From Sphagnum compactum (Eukaryota), in the NCBI GenBank assembly GCA_965153455.1, contig OZ234493.1, positions 5,518,001 through 5,582,000 of the forward strand: 64,000 nt of DNA, given 5' to 3'. Position 1 is the first letter of the stretch. Each line of letters begins with the position of its first letter. The notes below the pieces were generated by a model. That model was not told where the DNA came from, made no database searches, and saw only the letters and a program-made list of their open reading frames with translations. The position numbers were made by a program, and so were the translations under genes. Below are positions 25,076 to 38,916 of this stretch, one piece after another.

Positions 25076-27198
25076 ACCTAGGCTAGGCTACTTACCTAGT
25101 AGCTAGGCTTCGGTCGTTTAAGCTACTAACTTAGTTAGTAGGATATAGTACTTATAGGTAATTCATAAAAAAATTAAAAATGATTGATGAATTACTATAA
25201 ATTTTAAATAAATAAATAAAATCAATGATTAATACTTGATTATTTCCAAGGAATTATTAAACAATAAATAATAAAAATAATTATTATTTATTTAATATTA
25301 ATATCAATCATTATTAATTCATTAATAATCATCAATTAATATATAACAAATTATTATTAACTAGCAAATTAGTTTTAAATAATCACTTATCAATAATTAT
25401 TTACAATTATATATTGACTACTATTAATTATTATAAATTGTTATCAAGTATTAGCCAAAAAAATATAAAATTGATAATTCAATAATAATGATTAATCAAT
25501 TAACAAGTTGATGGATAAATTGATAATTGGTTATTAATTGAAATTTATTTGGTGACTAATTAATTATGTAAAATATTAATCATAATTTATTGAGTATTCA
25601 ATAGCAATTAGTAAATATTAACTAATTAATGTACCAAATTTAACTACCTACATGTAGGTTTGGTATGTGCCCTATGGAAAATAAACTTGTAGGTGAAATA
25701 ACCAAATTAATGTGGTTGATTTGATTAAGTGTCAAATCAGAATGACTAATTTGTCTAATTATAAATCACAATGGCCATTAAATATGGTCAATTTAATTAA
25801 GTTTTAGTCATCTTGATGGACATCTGGCCTTTTTAACTAAATGTTTGGTTTGTCACATGGTGAAAAAGGTCAATTTAAATCAAATGTTTCAGTCAAAAGT
25901 AACTTGTGTTTTTCATGCCCTAGGCATTTAGTCAAAACAACCATCCCCCTTGGTCAATGTGGACATTTTAATCAAGTTGGATTTTCTAAAAAATCATGTT
26001 TCTTGTAGTTGCATTTTATTGATTGTATTTCATTTAAAAATTACACAAAACATCATTTTTTATATTTGACATCTTATTAAATTTTGTCCAAATCACAAGA
26101 TTAAAGTTTATTTTAAAATTTCTTTAATGAAATGTACACAACTACATTTTGTCCTTTTAAAAATATAAATTGATTTGAAAAATATATATTTGAAATTGTT
26201 ATTGAATACCATTTCAATGATCGTTTGTTTGAAAAATGAATTCAAGCACATGATTTATAAATGGATAATATAATAGTATATATATATATATATCATATTT
26301 TAAAGCTTCATTTTATTTTAAAAATTATATTATACAATTTTTTTTGATACGTCATAAATTTACCAATATAATATAATTTAAATGTGTGATATATAATTTA
26401 TTCACATTTAACATTAACAAATGAATCATAATAAAATTATAATAAGATTATAATAAAACTCTTATATTAACCATATTATTTTTTATGTAAAAGATACCTA
26501 GATAATCAATTTTGAATTTTAAATATTAATTAATACCATATAATTAATTGATTTTGTGGAATTATAAATTATATAAATTATATATATATAAAGTTTTATT
26601 TATAATTATGATCGAAATTTTATGTAAATTTAATTTATATATTTTCACACTTCAAATCTTTATTTGATTTTTAAATATATATATTATATAATTTTGCTTA
26701 TAATATATCATAATTGTACCAATAAAATGTAATTTAGATGTATGATATATAACTTATTCACTATATAATGTTTATAAATGGATCATAAATTATTTCTACC
26801 ACATATTACCAAACGCATTTAATAAATAAATTTCATTGCGGACTTAATTAAATAATTAATTGATCAAAAAATATTATCACATGTTAATTACCCCTACTAC
26901 TTATTATTTAACCCACATACATATTGTTTACTACTTATTACCTTACAACTTATAACTTATTAATTGATTAATTATTTAACCTAATTATTAATCAAACATA
27001 ACACTATTTCATTCAGCACAATAAAGTACCTACTATTGACTAGCCAATTACATACTATCTAATATTTACTAGTACCTATTACCTAACGTATTTAATCAAT
27101 TCGCTCTAATTAAAAAACCCCATGATATTAACATAATAAAATACGTACTACTTAGCCGCATACATATTCCTTACTATGTAACCTACTAGTTGCTTCCT

Positions 27199-27640
27199 CA
27201 TTACAAACTTACTAGGCTTTTAGGTTTGTACAAATTTTGTGCGAAACTTGATTTTCATAAGTTTATACAAAAATTGCACGAATTTTGTGCTATAGTGAAT
27301 ATGAATGATATTTGTACATATTCAACATCTTAAATATTTAAATAGATGAGACATTGTTTTTGAATGACATATGTGAATGTGAATGTTTAATGCACAAAAA
27401 TTGCATGGTTTTATTTAAAATTACATCACGATAATTGCACGAATTTAGTTAAAATGTAAATTGTATGTACTTCATATCAAAAACATTAGAAGTAGAAAAG
27501 CCACATCATTTATATATAAATAATATATATTTTTTGTGACATTTTTACATTTTGGAGCCCATGGATTTCACACGGTCATATTGTTTTATAATTTTTGCAT
27601 GGACTTTATTGAAATTTTGTGATATTGTAAGTTTGTGATG
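27199..27640 (+). mobile_element. MITE with ~14-bp TIRs (CATCACAAACTTAC); inverted copy at 36700..37135
   Basis: Ends are cattacaaacttac...gtaagtttgtgatg. The internal sequence is the reverse complement of 36700-37135. Confidence 0.7.
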
Positions 27641-28772
27641 CTATTACCATTTGTTTACAGGATTAATTCCAAAAACAATTATATTTTCATCCATCAATGG
27701 ATGCCTTAATAAATGGATTACAAATGTGTATTTTTGGCACCCAACTTCATATTATGAAGAACCCTATAATGTTAGAAATTTCAAAATGGTCCAATTTTAC
27801 CATGAATTGCCATGTGTCCTCTGAAATTTCATGAGCCCACCAAACCCCACTATAATTTTAACCGTTAGTTCATTGAAAAAAATTAAAGGAAAAAAATAGA
27901 CCATTTAATCTAGCAATTTCATTGGCAAATTTTTATTATTTTCACATTTAATTATATGTACATTTGCAACTAGCATTTATAGTGACAAATCAAGTTGAAA
28001 AGATGCCACATGGTGTCTAATGGTTTATGACCCACCTTCCAAGTTGTAAAAACAACTACATTTTCATCGATTTTCGGATGCCACTAAAAATGGATGATAT
28101 AAATGTATTTTTCATCGTCATTTTCATCCAAATAAACATTAGTCACAAGTCTAAATTGCATATGCAATTGCAAATCACTTTGTAATTGTTTATGTGATTA
28201 CAAGTTGTTTTTACCAAGTGCCACAAAGGACATTCACATCTATAGTTGCAAAAAATGATTGATTTGGACACAACTTAGGTTATAAGCACTTCGAGCAATG
28301 TCCCTTGTGTGAGCCTTGTAATACTAGAAATAATGAAAAAACCTACAAGGTACAAGGTTTTTATTTATAATAGAGGAGGAATGGCATGATGCATAATTAA
28401 AAGTGTTTAAGTATTGCATTGATGTTAACAAGATTCTTTTGAAGTTGAAGAGGTCAAGAGGGGGAATGTGTATAAGAAAAACATTGATGATGTTTTTGAA
28501 TTTGTGCTTCAATGGTTTGAATCATCACAATAAAAGAATAGTACAAGTGGTTACACATTCAAATTATTATATCAAAACCCACAATGAACATGTTTGGTAC
28601 ATGTGGGTTGGAAAATGTTTCCAAAAAGGATGTAATAAAAAAATGACAGGAAACCATAACACTATTTGGTTGTAAGCAATGCCATATTAGTTTTAAATTA
28701 AAACCCAACTTGTGTGATGGTATGCAGCACATGATGAGGAGGGACATGAACAAGATTTGGAGGAACTCATAT

Positions 28773-28926
28773 CACTACTACAAAATGTGGGTGCAGTTCA
28801 CTAATCCTCGTTCACTAGACTAGTGAATTCACTGCTTCTTCATTGGTCCCCGTTCACTACAACTAGTGACTTCACTCAAAATCCAGTGAAATCACTTGGC
28901 GTACAGGGACACCTTTTGTTGTAGTG
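28773..28926. mobile_element. 154-bp miniature CACTA element
   Basis: TIRs are CACTACTACAAAATG and CCTTTTGTTGTAGTG (13/15), with a perfect 3-bp TSD TAT. The interior is built from repeated TTCACT/AGTGAA motifs in both orientations. Confidence 0.9.
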
Positions 28927-30049
28927 TATGTCGAACATAAAAACATACCTAATTGTTCAACCGGTGGTGTTTGTTACACAACCACAAATGAGACTTAGGC
29001 ATTTAATCACATGCATAACAAATGGAATTGCTTGTAGTTGGATTGATCATTGTAGAAACATCGACAACTTCTAGGAAATGTTATAATAATTTGGAGATTT
29101 GCATTGAATGCCTAAGATGGTATTTGTATCAAAATTATAGCTTGGAAGGTAGGTAGGTGTTCAATTTGGAATAATGTACCTTTTGTCAAGGAAAGGGACG
29201 TCAAACAAGAACCTATCCATCCATTCATGATGAATTGCAATTGATGATTATGAATGATTTGATGGATTGATTCACCAATTATTCGTTGATAATGGATTTT
29301 TGGTAAAAGAAGATGGTACATGCATCAATAAGTGAAATTAAAGTATCAATACAAATACTTGCCCATCAATAGGTGAACTTATTTTTAAAATATGTGGTAC
29401 TTGTTACAATATTTGGAGTGCATCATTATATTTTGGTTTCATCTGAATTTGTTTGAATAAAATTAGTTATCCCACATGCAAGTATTGTTATACCACATGT
29501 GGTAGCTACTCAACCTACCCATGCCATTTGGAATATTCAAACCAATGAAATTAGGAGGGTTAGAAGTGCGATACTATTTAAAGGTGTTCCAATTAGAGTA
29601 TTAGCTTAGTGCATGAAGTGTTCAGTAACCATTCGTATCCACATGACATGGAGTACTTGTAAGAGTTGCAGGTTGAACAAGATTTGGTCAATTGTTTCAT
29701 TTCAGTTTTGGAAGAGCTATTATTTTTGGAGATGTATGTAAAACAATTGTTGAAAGATCTTAATTATCAACGCCCATAGTATTAATGACCTACTTGTACA
29801 TTATTTCAATGTTGATATGGAGTGGAGTAGGGCCTACTGTAAGCATTATAACATTTTGAGTGGAAATTAATCCACCAATAGTCACATGGAATAGTACCTT
29901 CCTTAGTGTAACTATGGGGATTGTGCCTTTATTTCATTGGGTACCACCTATAGTAGAAACCATTCCCATAAAAAATCTTTAAAAAAACATTCCATTTTTT
30001 TTTTCCATATCCTCCTTATGTCAAAAACATTGATCTTGATGCACACATA

Positions 30050-30430
30050 TGAATGTTCAAAACTACAATTAAAGTTAATAGGGAGGCAAAGGATGAAAAT
30101 ATCATGAATTTGTTTGTGTTCACATTAAAGGACACAATTTCGAAGTGGGGTTAAAATTTCCAAGAAAACATCTAAATTGTATGTTCATTGAATTAGAATA
30201 GGGGTTTTATAAATGTTTTTAAATAATGAAGAATAATGAACAAGTATATTTGAATTTGAAGACATTTGAACATAATAAAATGGAGCAAGTGAAAGCATAC
30301 TATGAATGTTTCATGAGGTTGGCAAACAATTTGTAAACAAAAATTACTAGTACTTTTTTAACTATAATGTTTGGATTTGGATTACAAGCTTACTTTAGGA
30401 TTGCCACAACATGAATGAAAAAAACAACAT
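30050..30430 (+). mobile_element. LTR-retrotransposon gag remnant
   Basis: Degenerate reading IMNLFVFTLKDTISKWG...NEQVYLNLK...EQVKAYYECFMRLANNL...FGLQAYFRIATT resembles retrotransposon gag. It contains stops and frameshifts. Confidence 0.6.
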
Positions 30431-30699
30431 TTCAGTTGTAACACCACTATATTTTTGGTTTTAAGAAGGATGCAATCACAAAAGATGTTGAAATCACATT
30501 TTGGTTAAATTAATTTTGATTTTTTTCCCATAATAAATGAACAAATAAAATGATTATAATTATTTCAAGGGTCATGCAATTCACATATACACAAAATTTG
30601 ATATGAATTCAATTTCACATTAACTTCATTGATAAAAGTGTAGCAAATTCATAATTAATTTAATATATATCACACAATTTTCATCAATGTGTTCAATTT

Positions 30700-31900
30700 C
30701 CATGGTCATAGGCTTGCGTCTAAACATGTCTTTGTCCTTTTTTAATGCCTTTTGTTGGATTTTTTTGGTAGGTTATGTAGTTTTGGAAATGAACCTAAGT
30801 TGCTTTGATACATCATGAAAGCCAACTTTGTCATCTATGGTGCCATATTGGCAAGCTTTCAACAAATTGCATGCCCAAAACAAGTGCCTTAGAAGGTTCT
30901 TCAACCCCCAAGTATTCACAATTGATTATGCATTTCAAAATTGTGTTTAATGCACCCAAATTAACACCTTTGTCTTTAACAAATGCCAAAATCTTCCTTA
31001 AATCATATTTTTCAACAAAGCTTGAAGCTTGAATGTCATTATTTGACTAGTTATTTTTGTAGTTTCAAACAACCCAACTATCACAACACATTGGGCTTCC
31101 AATTGACACTAATAAAATTCATGACAAGTGCAAAAACATCATAGGCACCCTTTGACATCCAAAGATCAAAGGTCCTATTAATGATAAATTTCGACAAAGT
31201 AGCTAGGTAAGACATACAAATGATCTTTTCAACCAAATTAGGCAACATTTCATCCACAAACACTTTCATGGAGGGTAAAACAATACAAAGACATAATTGT
31301 AGTCCCATTTGGTGTAACCATATGTTTTCCACCATGTGAATCAATAGATAACTTTTGGTGATAAATAAAGCTAGGTTTTGTAAGAATGCTTGTTGATGTT
31401 CACAATCCTTCTTAAAGGATCTACACAACCAAAAAATTAAAATTGTGCCTAGATTGATTTTAAGCCATTTTTTTAACATGTTACCTTTCCAAGGCACTTT
31501 TGATTGAGCTATTCATTTCTTCACACAATTTGTGGACAATTTTAACATGTTCAATAGCTAGATGTTTCTTCATTGCAATGGTGAAATTAACTTTAAAATA
31601 AGTTATCAACCCATGGTAACACTTGGCTTTTTGAACAAGAATTGTAGGATTGATTGTATCATTGTAACAAACAATGCATCAAATGATTTAAACATTGATA
31701 AGGTCTACAAAACTATCATCACTCACACAAAAAAATGCCCATGTAATTAAAGTGAAATTGTATGACTTCTAGAACTTAGCTTGTTGATGCAAGACTTTGA
31801 GAAAGTCTATTAAAGCATGTACATTATGTTTAGGAGTTCCACTTTCTTGCAATGGAGCTAATGCCCCAAAATGACCTTGATTCCCAGAGTGACTCTTGTG
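30700..31900 (-). mobile_element. hAT transposase fossil
   Basis: ORF 31081..31497 contains FDLWMSKGAYDVFALVMNFISVNWKP (region of the first catalytic D). It parallels the plus-strand hAT at 58500-58620. Confidence 0.7.
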
Positions 31901-33225
31901 TGTCAACAATGGTCTTATAACCAGAAATTTTTGTCCCCTTTTTGTGCAATCATGCTTTAGTCAAAATCTTGCAAGTCTTTGTTACATTTTTTGGAGTAGT
32001 TCCAAGTAAAGCAATAAACAAATTATCAAAACAATGTTCATTGGGATCCATCTTGTTCTTTCAACACATGTCAACTATTTACAAGATTGAATGGTGGAAG
32101 CTTGAATTGAATTGTAATGCAAAAAGTTCGTGCCTTTCTTCTCTTTGCAAATTTCAAGCTACAAATTACAAACAAACAACAACATTAAGCTTTGAAAATC
32201 AAATAGAGTGAAACAATGCATCATATATCATACCTATTATTTATTGTTGAACAAATGATTTTGTTACATTGGCATCTTTCAATATGCAATGCAAGCTCCA
32301 ATGTCCATAAGGAGGTACACTGCCCACAAGAAGATACAAGAGTTGTGGTATCACATTGCAATTACAAAAACCTAAAAAACCAGACTCAAATTTTTACCAC
32401 CCTAAGTGGAATTCAACCACATCAATAGGAATTTTGCACTTGAGATTTTTTTATGCTCAAGGTTCTTCATAATGTTCAGAATCGGAAGCGCCTTAAACCC
32501 CCAATTATCGACCTTTTTCATCCCATTGGGTGTGTGAATATATACCCAAATATATAACCAATGAGAGTTTGAAACTGTATTTGATAACCACCAAACACTG
32601 AATTAAAACCTTTGCAAAACCACTTCAATGCACCCTTACTCATCGAGTTCTTTCCAAAGGTACAAAGACCTTAGCCAAAGGCACTATGGTTTAGGAGATC
32701 TCAACCTAACAAACAAGCAAAACAAACAAAACAAACAACCTTCTTTAATAGGTAGATTAGTTGTTGGGCCCCCAAAATTCCTTTCTTTTGTGATGGGTGA
32801 GTGGCCTATCACAAAAAGTAGTCAAACTTTGAGCACTGTCAAAATAGGTTTATTGTAATCTTCTCCTTTGGGCTACTCATATAGGTTACAAGAGTAGAAC
32901 TTTAGGGGAAAAGAGCTGTAGGGATGAAGTGTGGTGCTATTGAGAACATATTAGAAACCTATTGGGAACTTGTGAAAAATAAGTAAATAGATAATTTGAG
33001 AACAAACTAAACAACCAGTGGCAACTTGATGGGAACATTATGGTAACAAAATTTTTCAAAAACCCCCATCCACCCAGCTCCTCCCAAAAGACAAAGAAAC
33101 CGGGCCTCTTGGGTGCATATTGTCTCTCACCTCAATTTACTACCCAAAATTTCTCTCTACCTGTCTGTGTTCATCGCCATTTTTGGCCTAGATGGCAGGG
33201 GCATGAATTGTGGGTACATAGTGAG

Positions 33226-33228
<3 letters not shown>

Positions 33229-33266
<38 letters not shown>
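33229..33266. repeat. (GA)n microsatellite
   Basis: Pure GA run, about 19 units. Confidence 0.95.
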
Positions 33267-33267
<1 letters not shown>

Positions 33268-33534
33268 GATTCAGGAGTGACCAGTGACCATCCTTAAAGT
33301 TCACCAGTTTTGTCACGACTCTGTCCATCGCTGACATTCCTTACTGGTGAGACACTTAATTTAGCTTGGAAGTTTGTGGGCACCTGTAGGGAGGGGAGCT
33401 TTTATAGGATGTAGATTATGGGACCTGCATTCGACAGCAAGTGTTGACATGGTCATCGAACCAGGAAAGATGATAAGTGCTGTCCAGCATTTGGTAAGTG
33501 CCAGTGCTTTTATTGCTTCATGCAGCCAAATACA

Positions 33535-33702
33535 GACTACCCATGACTCTAAAAAGCTGGCTAGCTAGGCGCTTCTTTCTCATTTAGCAATCAACAATGT
33601 ACATGGCGAGAATCGGAAGGACTACCCATGACTCTAAGAAGTTGGCTAGCTAGGTGCTTCTTGCTCATTTAGCAATCAAGTACAATGTACATGGCGAGAA
33701 TA
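33535..33702. repeat. Tandem duplication, 2 x ~85 bp
   Basis: gactacccatgactctaa.aag.tggctagctagg.gcttctt.ctcatttagcaatcaa..caatgtacatggcgagaat occurs at 33535 and 33620. Confidence 0.9.
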
Positions 33703-33871
33703 GGGACTCAGGACTTGGAGTATGTTGTCGTCGCTGCACTGGTATCAAGAATACAATGACGAGACTCCAGAGCATGGTCCTTATAGAGTAGCTTCAAATC
33801 ATTGCAAACACCAATAATCGTTTTGAGATGGAGACCCATTACGTTTTTGCTTTTTCTTGGCGTTTTTTGAA

Positions 33872-34391
33872 GAGTGTTGGGCGGGTTATATACTTTTTGA
33901 AGAACCTCTGGTTCTGAAAGTAAATGAGAACTGTCTCAGTTCCCATTTCTTTTAGCATTAGGTCTTCTACTTCATTGCTACTTTTTCGATTGTTCTGGTT
34001 TTCCTCTCCTGTGTTTACATTTGCTTCCACATGCAGTTGTGAATGGATTTTCATCCTTGTTTATATATGTGTACGGGGTTTTTTCTCTATTTACACACTT
34101 ACAGTAAAAATGGAACCAGCAAACCAGTTCTGAAAATCAGTCCCAGTTCCAGTGCTAATCTTGCTCACCCAGACTGGAACCACCTCAGGTCTACACCCTA
34201 ATCATTTCTTTGTATTTTAAACAAATGTATTCTGGGCCCAGTAGTGGTGCACCCGGTTCCAAGTCCAGTTATTAAAAACATAGAATTCAGTTCTGATTCT
34301 AAATTCACACCCAGTCTGGATCCAGTTCTTGCTAATTGCAACTGGTGGTTCTTAGTTCTTACCCACCAAGACGAGTACCTGCCCAACACTA
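33872..34391. mobile_element. hAT-like MITE with TIR (N)AGTGTTGGGCRGGT
   Basis: Ends are gagtgttgggcgggt...acctgcccaacacta, with gaacc/ggttc subterminal motifs. A related end lies at ~6473. TSD unclear. Confidence 0.55.
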
Positions 34392-34410
34392 GTTTTTTAC
34401 ATGTGCTACC

Positions 34411-34705
34411 TAGTGATTTTTAAGGTTTTTTTTTTAATGCAGCCAAAGTGGCAATCATCCATAGCAAGATGCAAAAAATTGACAATCATCCATCCCTAAG
34501 GAAAATTAGCTGGATTGGGCTATATAAACTAGGATATAAAACACACAATTTTAGTCATCTTTCTATATTTATGGTTACATACTGAAAACCAAACATAGGA
34601 ATCTAGCACTTTTGGTGATTGGAACTTGAAACCTTCAAAGATCACTTCATTTCCAAAATTTCAAAATTTCTTTTTGGCATAAATTCACCAGTAAAAAGAC
34701 ACCTG
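34411..34705. mobile_element. hAT-type MITE (same family as 5426..5731)
   Basis: Contains the family core gcagccaaagtggcaatcatccatag. Flanks gtgctacc/gtgttccc form a degenerate 8-bp TSD. Confidence 0.7.
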
Positions 34706-36699
34706 GTGTTCCCTATTGATGCAAACATTGGGATCCTATTCGTTGGGCTTGAAGTGTATTGTAACACCCTCAGCCCAGGGTGTTCGCAAAGTAAGTGCAT
34801 AAGTTGCCTCAGATGGATGGGGCTTACTTTGGGAACACCTTGCTCCAAGGGCATTCATTACTTGATGTAAAAACCTATCAGAATTTTTTTAAAGAACGTT
34901 TCTTGTGATGCCCACCATGTGCAAAAGAAAAAACATTTAATAAAAGAAAATTAGAGGGCGAGTGTTTTGCCTGGAAGGCAGAGGTGGCCAAATGATTGCA
35001 CTATGGACGGTTACCTCCAAACAGAGAAAAACCCTGTGTATATATATATATATATAAAAACAAGGATGGAAATCCATCCACCAAAAGTACAAGGCATGTC
35101 CAAGCAAATGTAAACACGCAAAAGAAAAACCAAAACGACCAAACAGAGAAAACCAAACCTTCCAAACACACTAGAAAATTTCTGGTGTGTTTTGAAAGAA
35201 ATTGACCTAATATGAGACAAGTGTAAAGTTGCACGTTAACTCCAGCAGGCAAAGAGATACTTGCCTCATTGGACATACATACCGCCTTTTGGGAACTTCC
35301 AGGGGTCATTTCTTTACAAGCATTCCTTCCAAGTAAAGGTGACCTGAGGCGTCCTGTAGAGTCAATCCCCAAAATTTGGGCAAAATCTTGTCACTTTCTT
35401 TGCCATTATCGTCGCAGTACCTTAGGCCATTTCAACACATGTCTGTCGAACAATTAATTAATTAATTCTGAAATTTTCATTTTCAAAAAATGAAATATTC
35501 CTAAATATTCACTATTATCCTTCACAACATTTTTTGATTTGGAAGAAATAAGTTTTGGAAATTTCAACATTTTTGAAAATAATATAATTAGTGTTCAAAT
35601 TGGCCAAGGTACTAGGGTATGTTCTTTTGGGGGGGCGGGTTCTTTTTTCAATCCAGCACCTGGTGGTTCTTTGTCCTTTCCTTCTTGGGTTGGTCAGGTG
35701 CAGGCTAGGAGCTTGAAGGCTTCTTCATTCTTTACACCTGTTTAGAAAGACAGTGGCATGCATTGTAGTTATCCTTTAAAAAATTCCTTTGTTTGGATGG
35801 GTGTTTGTACTTTGTAGTTCGTTTTTCTGTCTCAAGCCTTCTTCGTTGTCATCCTCAAAATCTCCCAACTTAAGGGAGAACACCTCAAACCATGAATAAA
35901 ACTCATTAAAAAACCCATGGCACCAACTTTGGTTAGTGCCTAAGTTAGAGTTACTCTCTCCTGTCAAGTCTTGAGTATCTATGTGTGATTCATATTAATT
36001 AATTCATGGGTGTGCTCACATTTTCTTTAAAAAAAAGGGGGCCATATTGATGGGGCCATCACCAATTTTTTTGAAAATTGGGCACTCCCCAATAGAAGCA
36101 CCTCATTGGACCACGAGTTGCAAAATAGAAACAATTGTGCTCCCTATGGTCCACCTTTTAGTTTATTTACATGAGAGTTGAGCCTTGGGCAAACCATAGG
36201 GGATAAAATTGAGGTGCTATTGGGAATGTTGCGAGGGGAGAATTTTGGGGAATCCTTTGGGAACCTCATGGGAACTCATATGGAACAAAAAGGGAAAATA
36301 GCAATAAATTCCTCTACCCCTACTTCTCAAAAAGAAAATAAAATTGGAACCCTCATGAGTCCATGTTGAGCCTTGCATCGGTTGCATGGAACTTTTATAT
36401 TCGAAATTGTTTGTTTGCCACCATTTTTGGAATGGCATGGCAACATCCCCAAAAAAGAAATAGAAAAAAAATCCTTCCACCCCTTCTTGCCTAAAAATAA
36501 AAAAACCAGACCCCTCATTAGTGTATGCTGAGCCTTTCATTTTTCAGCTCCCCTATTCACCTCTAGATGAGGTGCCTCCCAAGTTCAATTTTTTTACAAT
36601 GAGCCAATTTGATTGGTCCATCACTAAATAAAGCTGAGACCATGGAGGCTCTCCAAAATAGGAGGTTCTATTTTGAAGCATAGAGTTCCTCCCCTTTGA

Positions 36700-37135
36700 C
36701 TCACAAACCTTCAATATTATGAAATTATAATAGAATTCATGTGAAAATCATAAAATAATATGTTTGTGCAAAATTTGTGGGTTCAAAATGTAAAAATGAC
36801 AATAAAATAAAATAAAATAATGTAAATGATTTTTACTTTTTTATTTATGATGTTTTGATGTGAAATACATACAATTTATGTGTTAATTAAATTCATATAA
36901 TTATCGTAATGTAAATTTGCATGAAACTTTGCAAATTTTGTGTATTAAACATGACATTCATGTATGTTATTCAAAAACAATGTTTCATTAATTTGAATAT
37001 TTTAAATACTAAATATAAATAAATATCTTCATATTAAACATAACATGAAATTTATGCGATTTTTGTATGAACTTATGAAAATCAAATTTTGCACAAATTT
37101 CGTACAAACCTATAAAGCATGGTAAGTTTGTGATG
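36700..37135 (-). mobile_element. MITE, inverted copy of 27199..27640, inserted into another repeat
   Basis: Ends are tcacaaacct...gtaagtttgtgatg. It splits a gggaac-rich repeat family also seen at ~32750-33220 and 36030-36700. Confidence 0.65.
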
Positions 37136-38916
37136 TTATATATATAGGTGAAAGGAGAATAACATTTGCCAAAACATATGAGATAAAAATGAAATGCTAT
37201 GAAAAATATGTTAATGAACACATTGGGAACTTGGGGAACATATTTGAAGCTTGATGGGAACCCATTTGGAACTTAAAAGGAACCAGGGAGAAATGAAAAC
37301 AAATCCTCCCCCACCCCCCCCCCCTTTCCCCCCAAACTTAAAAGGAGAAAAACAAAGCACATTGAGCGCATGTTTAAGCCTTCCCATTAGTTGCATGAAA
37401 TTTCTTTTCCAAAGAAAGTTTGTCACCATTTTGGCCTAAGCTAATGCCCCTTGCAAAGAACACCTTACCTATTGTACAATGCCTAATTGAAATTATTATA
37501 TTTCATCATTCATTACGGAGCCAAAATGTTCATGTTGAGGCATAAACAACTCACTACTAGTTTGGGCCCTAGTTTTTAAGGTGTGGGTGCACATTCCCCA
37601 TTCACCTTTTTTTTGTCTTTTCTATTCGAAACACAATAGCAAACCCCAACCTAACAAGCCTTTGGCACCCTCAAGTCAAGCTCATTGGCAGAGGATTGGC
37701 ATGACGCCACCCACCATTTTTGGAAGTGCCCTTGTTTCAGTGTATGCATAATCACTTTAGATAACTTTGTAGATCCAATTATTGTGGGCGTGAACATAAA
37801 CCTTTTTCTTGGACCAAAATGGACATAACTCTTCCAAGGCTATATGAAAAGGTTGGAATTTTTAAAGGCCTATTTCCATTAGGTAATTCTCATCTTTATT
37901 TCAAACAATATGCTTTGATCACAATAGCAGCTTAATGGAAAGCCTTCAATAAGGCTTTATTTCTTTTATAAGAAATGGAAGGTATAAAGGACAATAATTG
38001 AAGGAATGTGGCAACCATGGTTTGAACAAGTTCACAAAGCTTGCAATATAAAACAAAAAGAGACCATGTTGACACCAAGAAAGCTTGCCACAAGTTGAGC
38101 TTTTCATCACAACAATCCTAAAAGATTTCATCCTCTTCTTGAAAGGTCTTTACTAACACCAAGTTTCTAACTAGATATTGGAAATGTCTAAACTTGAAGA
38201 ACCCTAATTTTCACCCTAAAAACTCAAGAGCTCCATTGAAATTGGAATTGGAATGAACTATCCAATCACTACCCTTTGTTCCCGTAGTTTTGAAAGCCAC
38301 TTTCAAGTTTTCTATTGCTTCACTTTGCAACTTGACTATGATTGCTTTGGGTTTGTTTGCAAAAGTTCTTTTCCACACCCACCCCATGCAAGCCTTATTC
38401 TCAATGCCCATGTCATGGTTGTGGTTGCACACTTCTAACAATGCCTTTGTGTCAAGCAAAGGATTTGTAAAATAAAGTATTCCAATCTGTTCACTTGTGA
38501 TGAAAAGCTTCACAAGCTTAAAGCTTACACAACGTTGCTTCTTTTAAGTTTCATGAAAACTTTGTATTACACTCTACAAAACCCTCCTTTGCGTCTCACT
38601 CACACACTACACCTATTTTGATCCCAATGTCATAGACAATCCCTCCCCTCGCCCCCCCCTCTTTAAGCCCTCACACCCTCAAACACACATGTCTTTCACA
38701 CGTCAAGTATCTTGCATCTTTACAATTCAACATTGGTTCAACTTTGAAGTCAGCAAGCTTCAGCTTCATGAACCCAGAGTCCTTCATGCTAAAATTGAGA
38801 TTGGGGATAAATTTCATTTTTGCACCAAAATTGGTCCAAAAAAGGAGTTTAGTACCTTGTTATTTTCATTTGTTGTCATTTAACCCCATGTGGTGCATTT
38901 TGTCCATAGTTGCATG

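Larger units (their letters stand above)
22914..26011. mobile_element. Degenerate non-autonomous CACTA element hosting a solo LTR and TAGG-rich arrays
   Basis: Left end tattataagaaatcatgaatttttt is CACTACAAGAAA with every C changed to T. Right end is aaaaaatcatgtttcttgtagttg. Flanks tat/cat are a 3-bp TSD with one C/T change. ttgacc/ggtcaa subterminal motifs are present. Confidence 0.55.
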
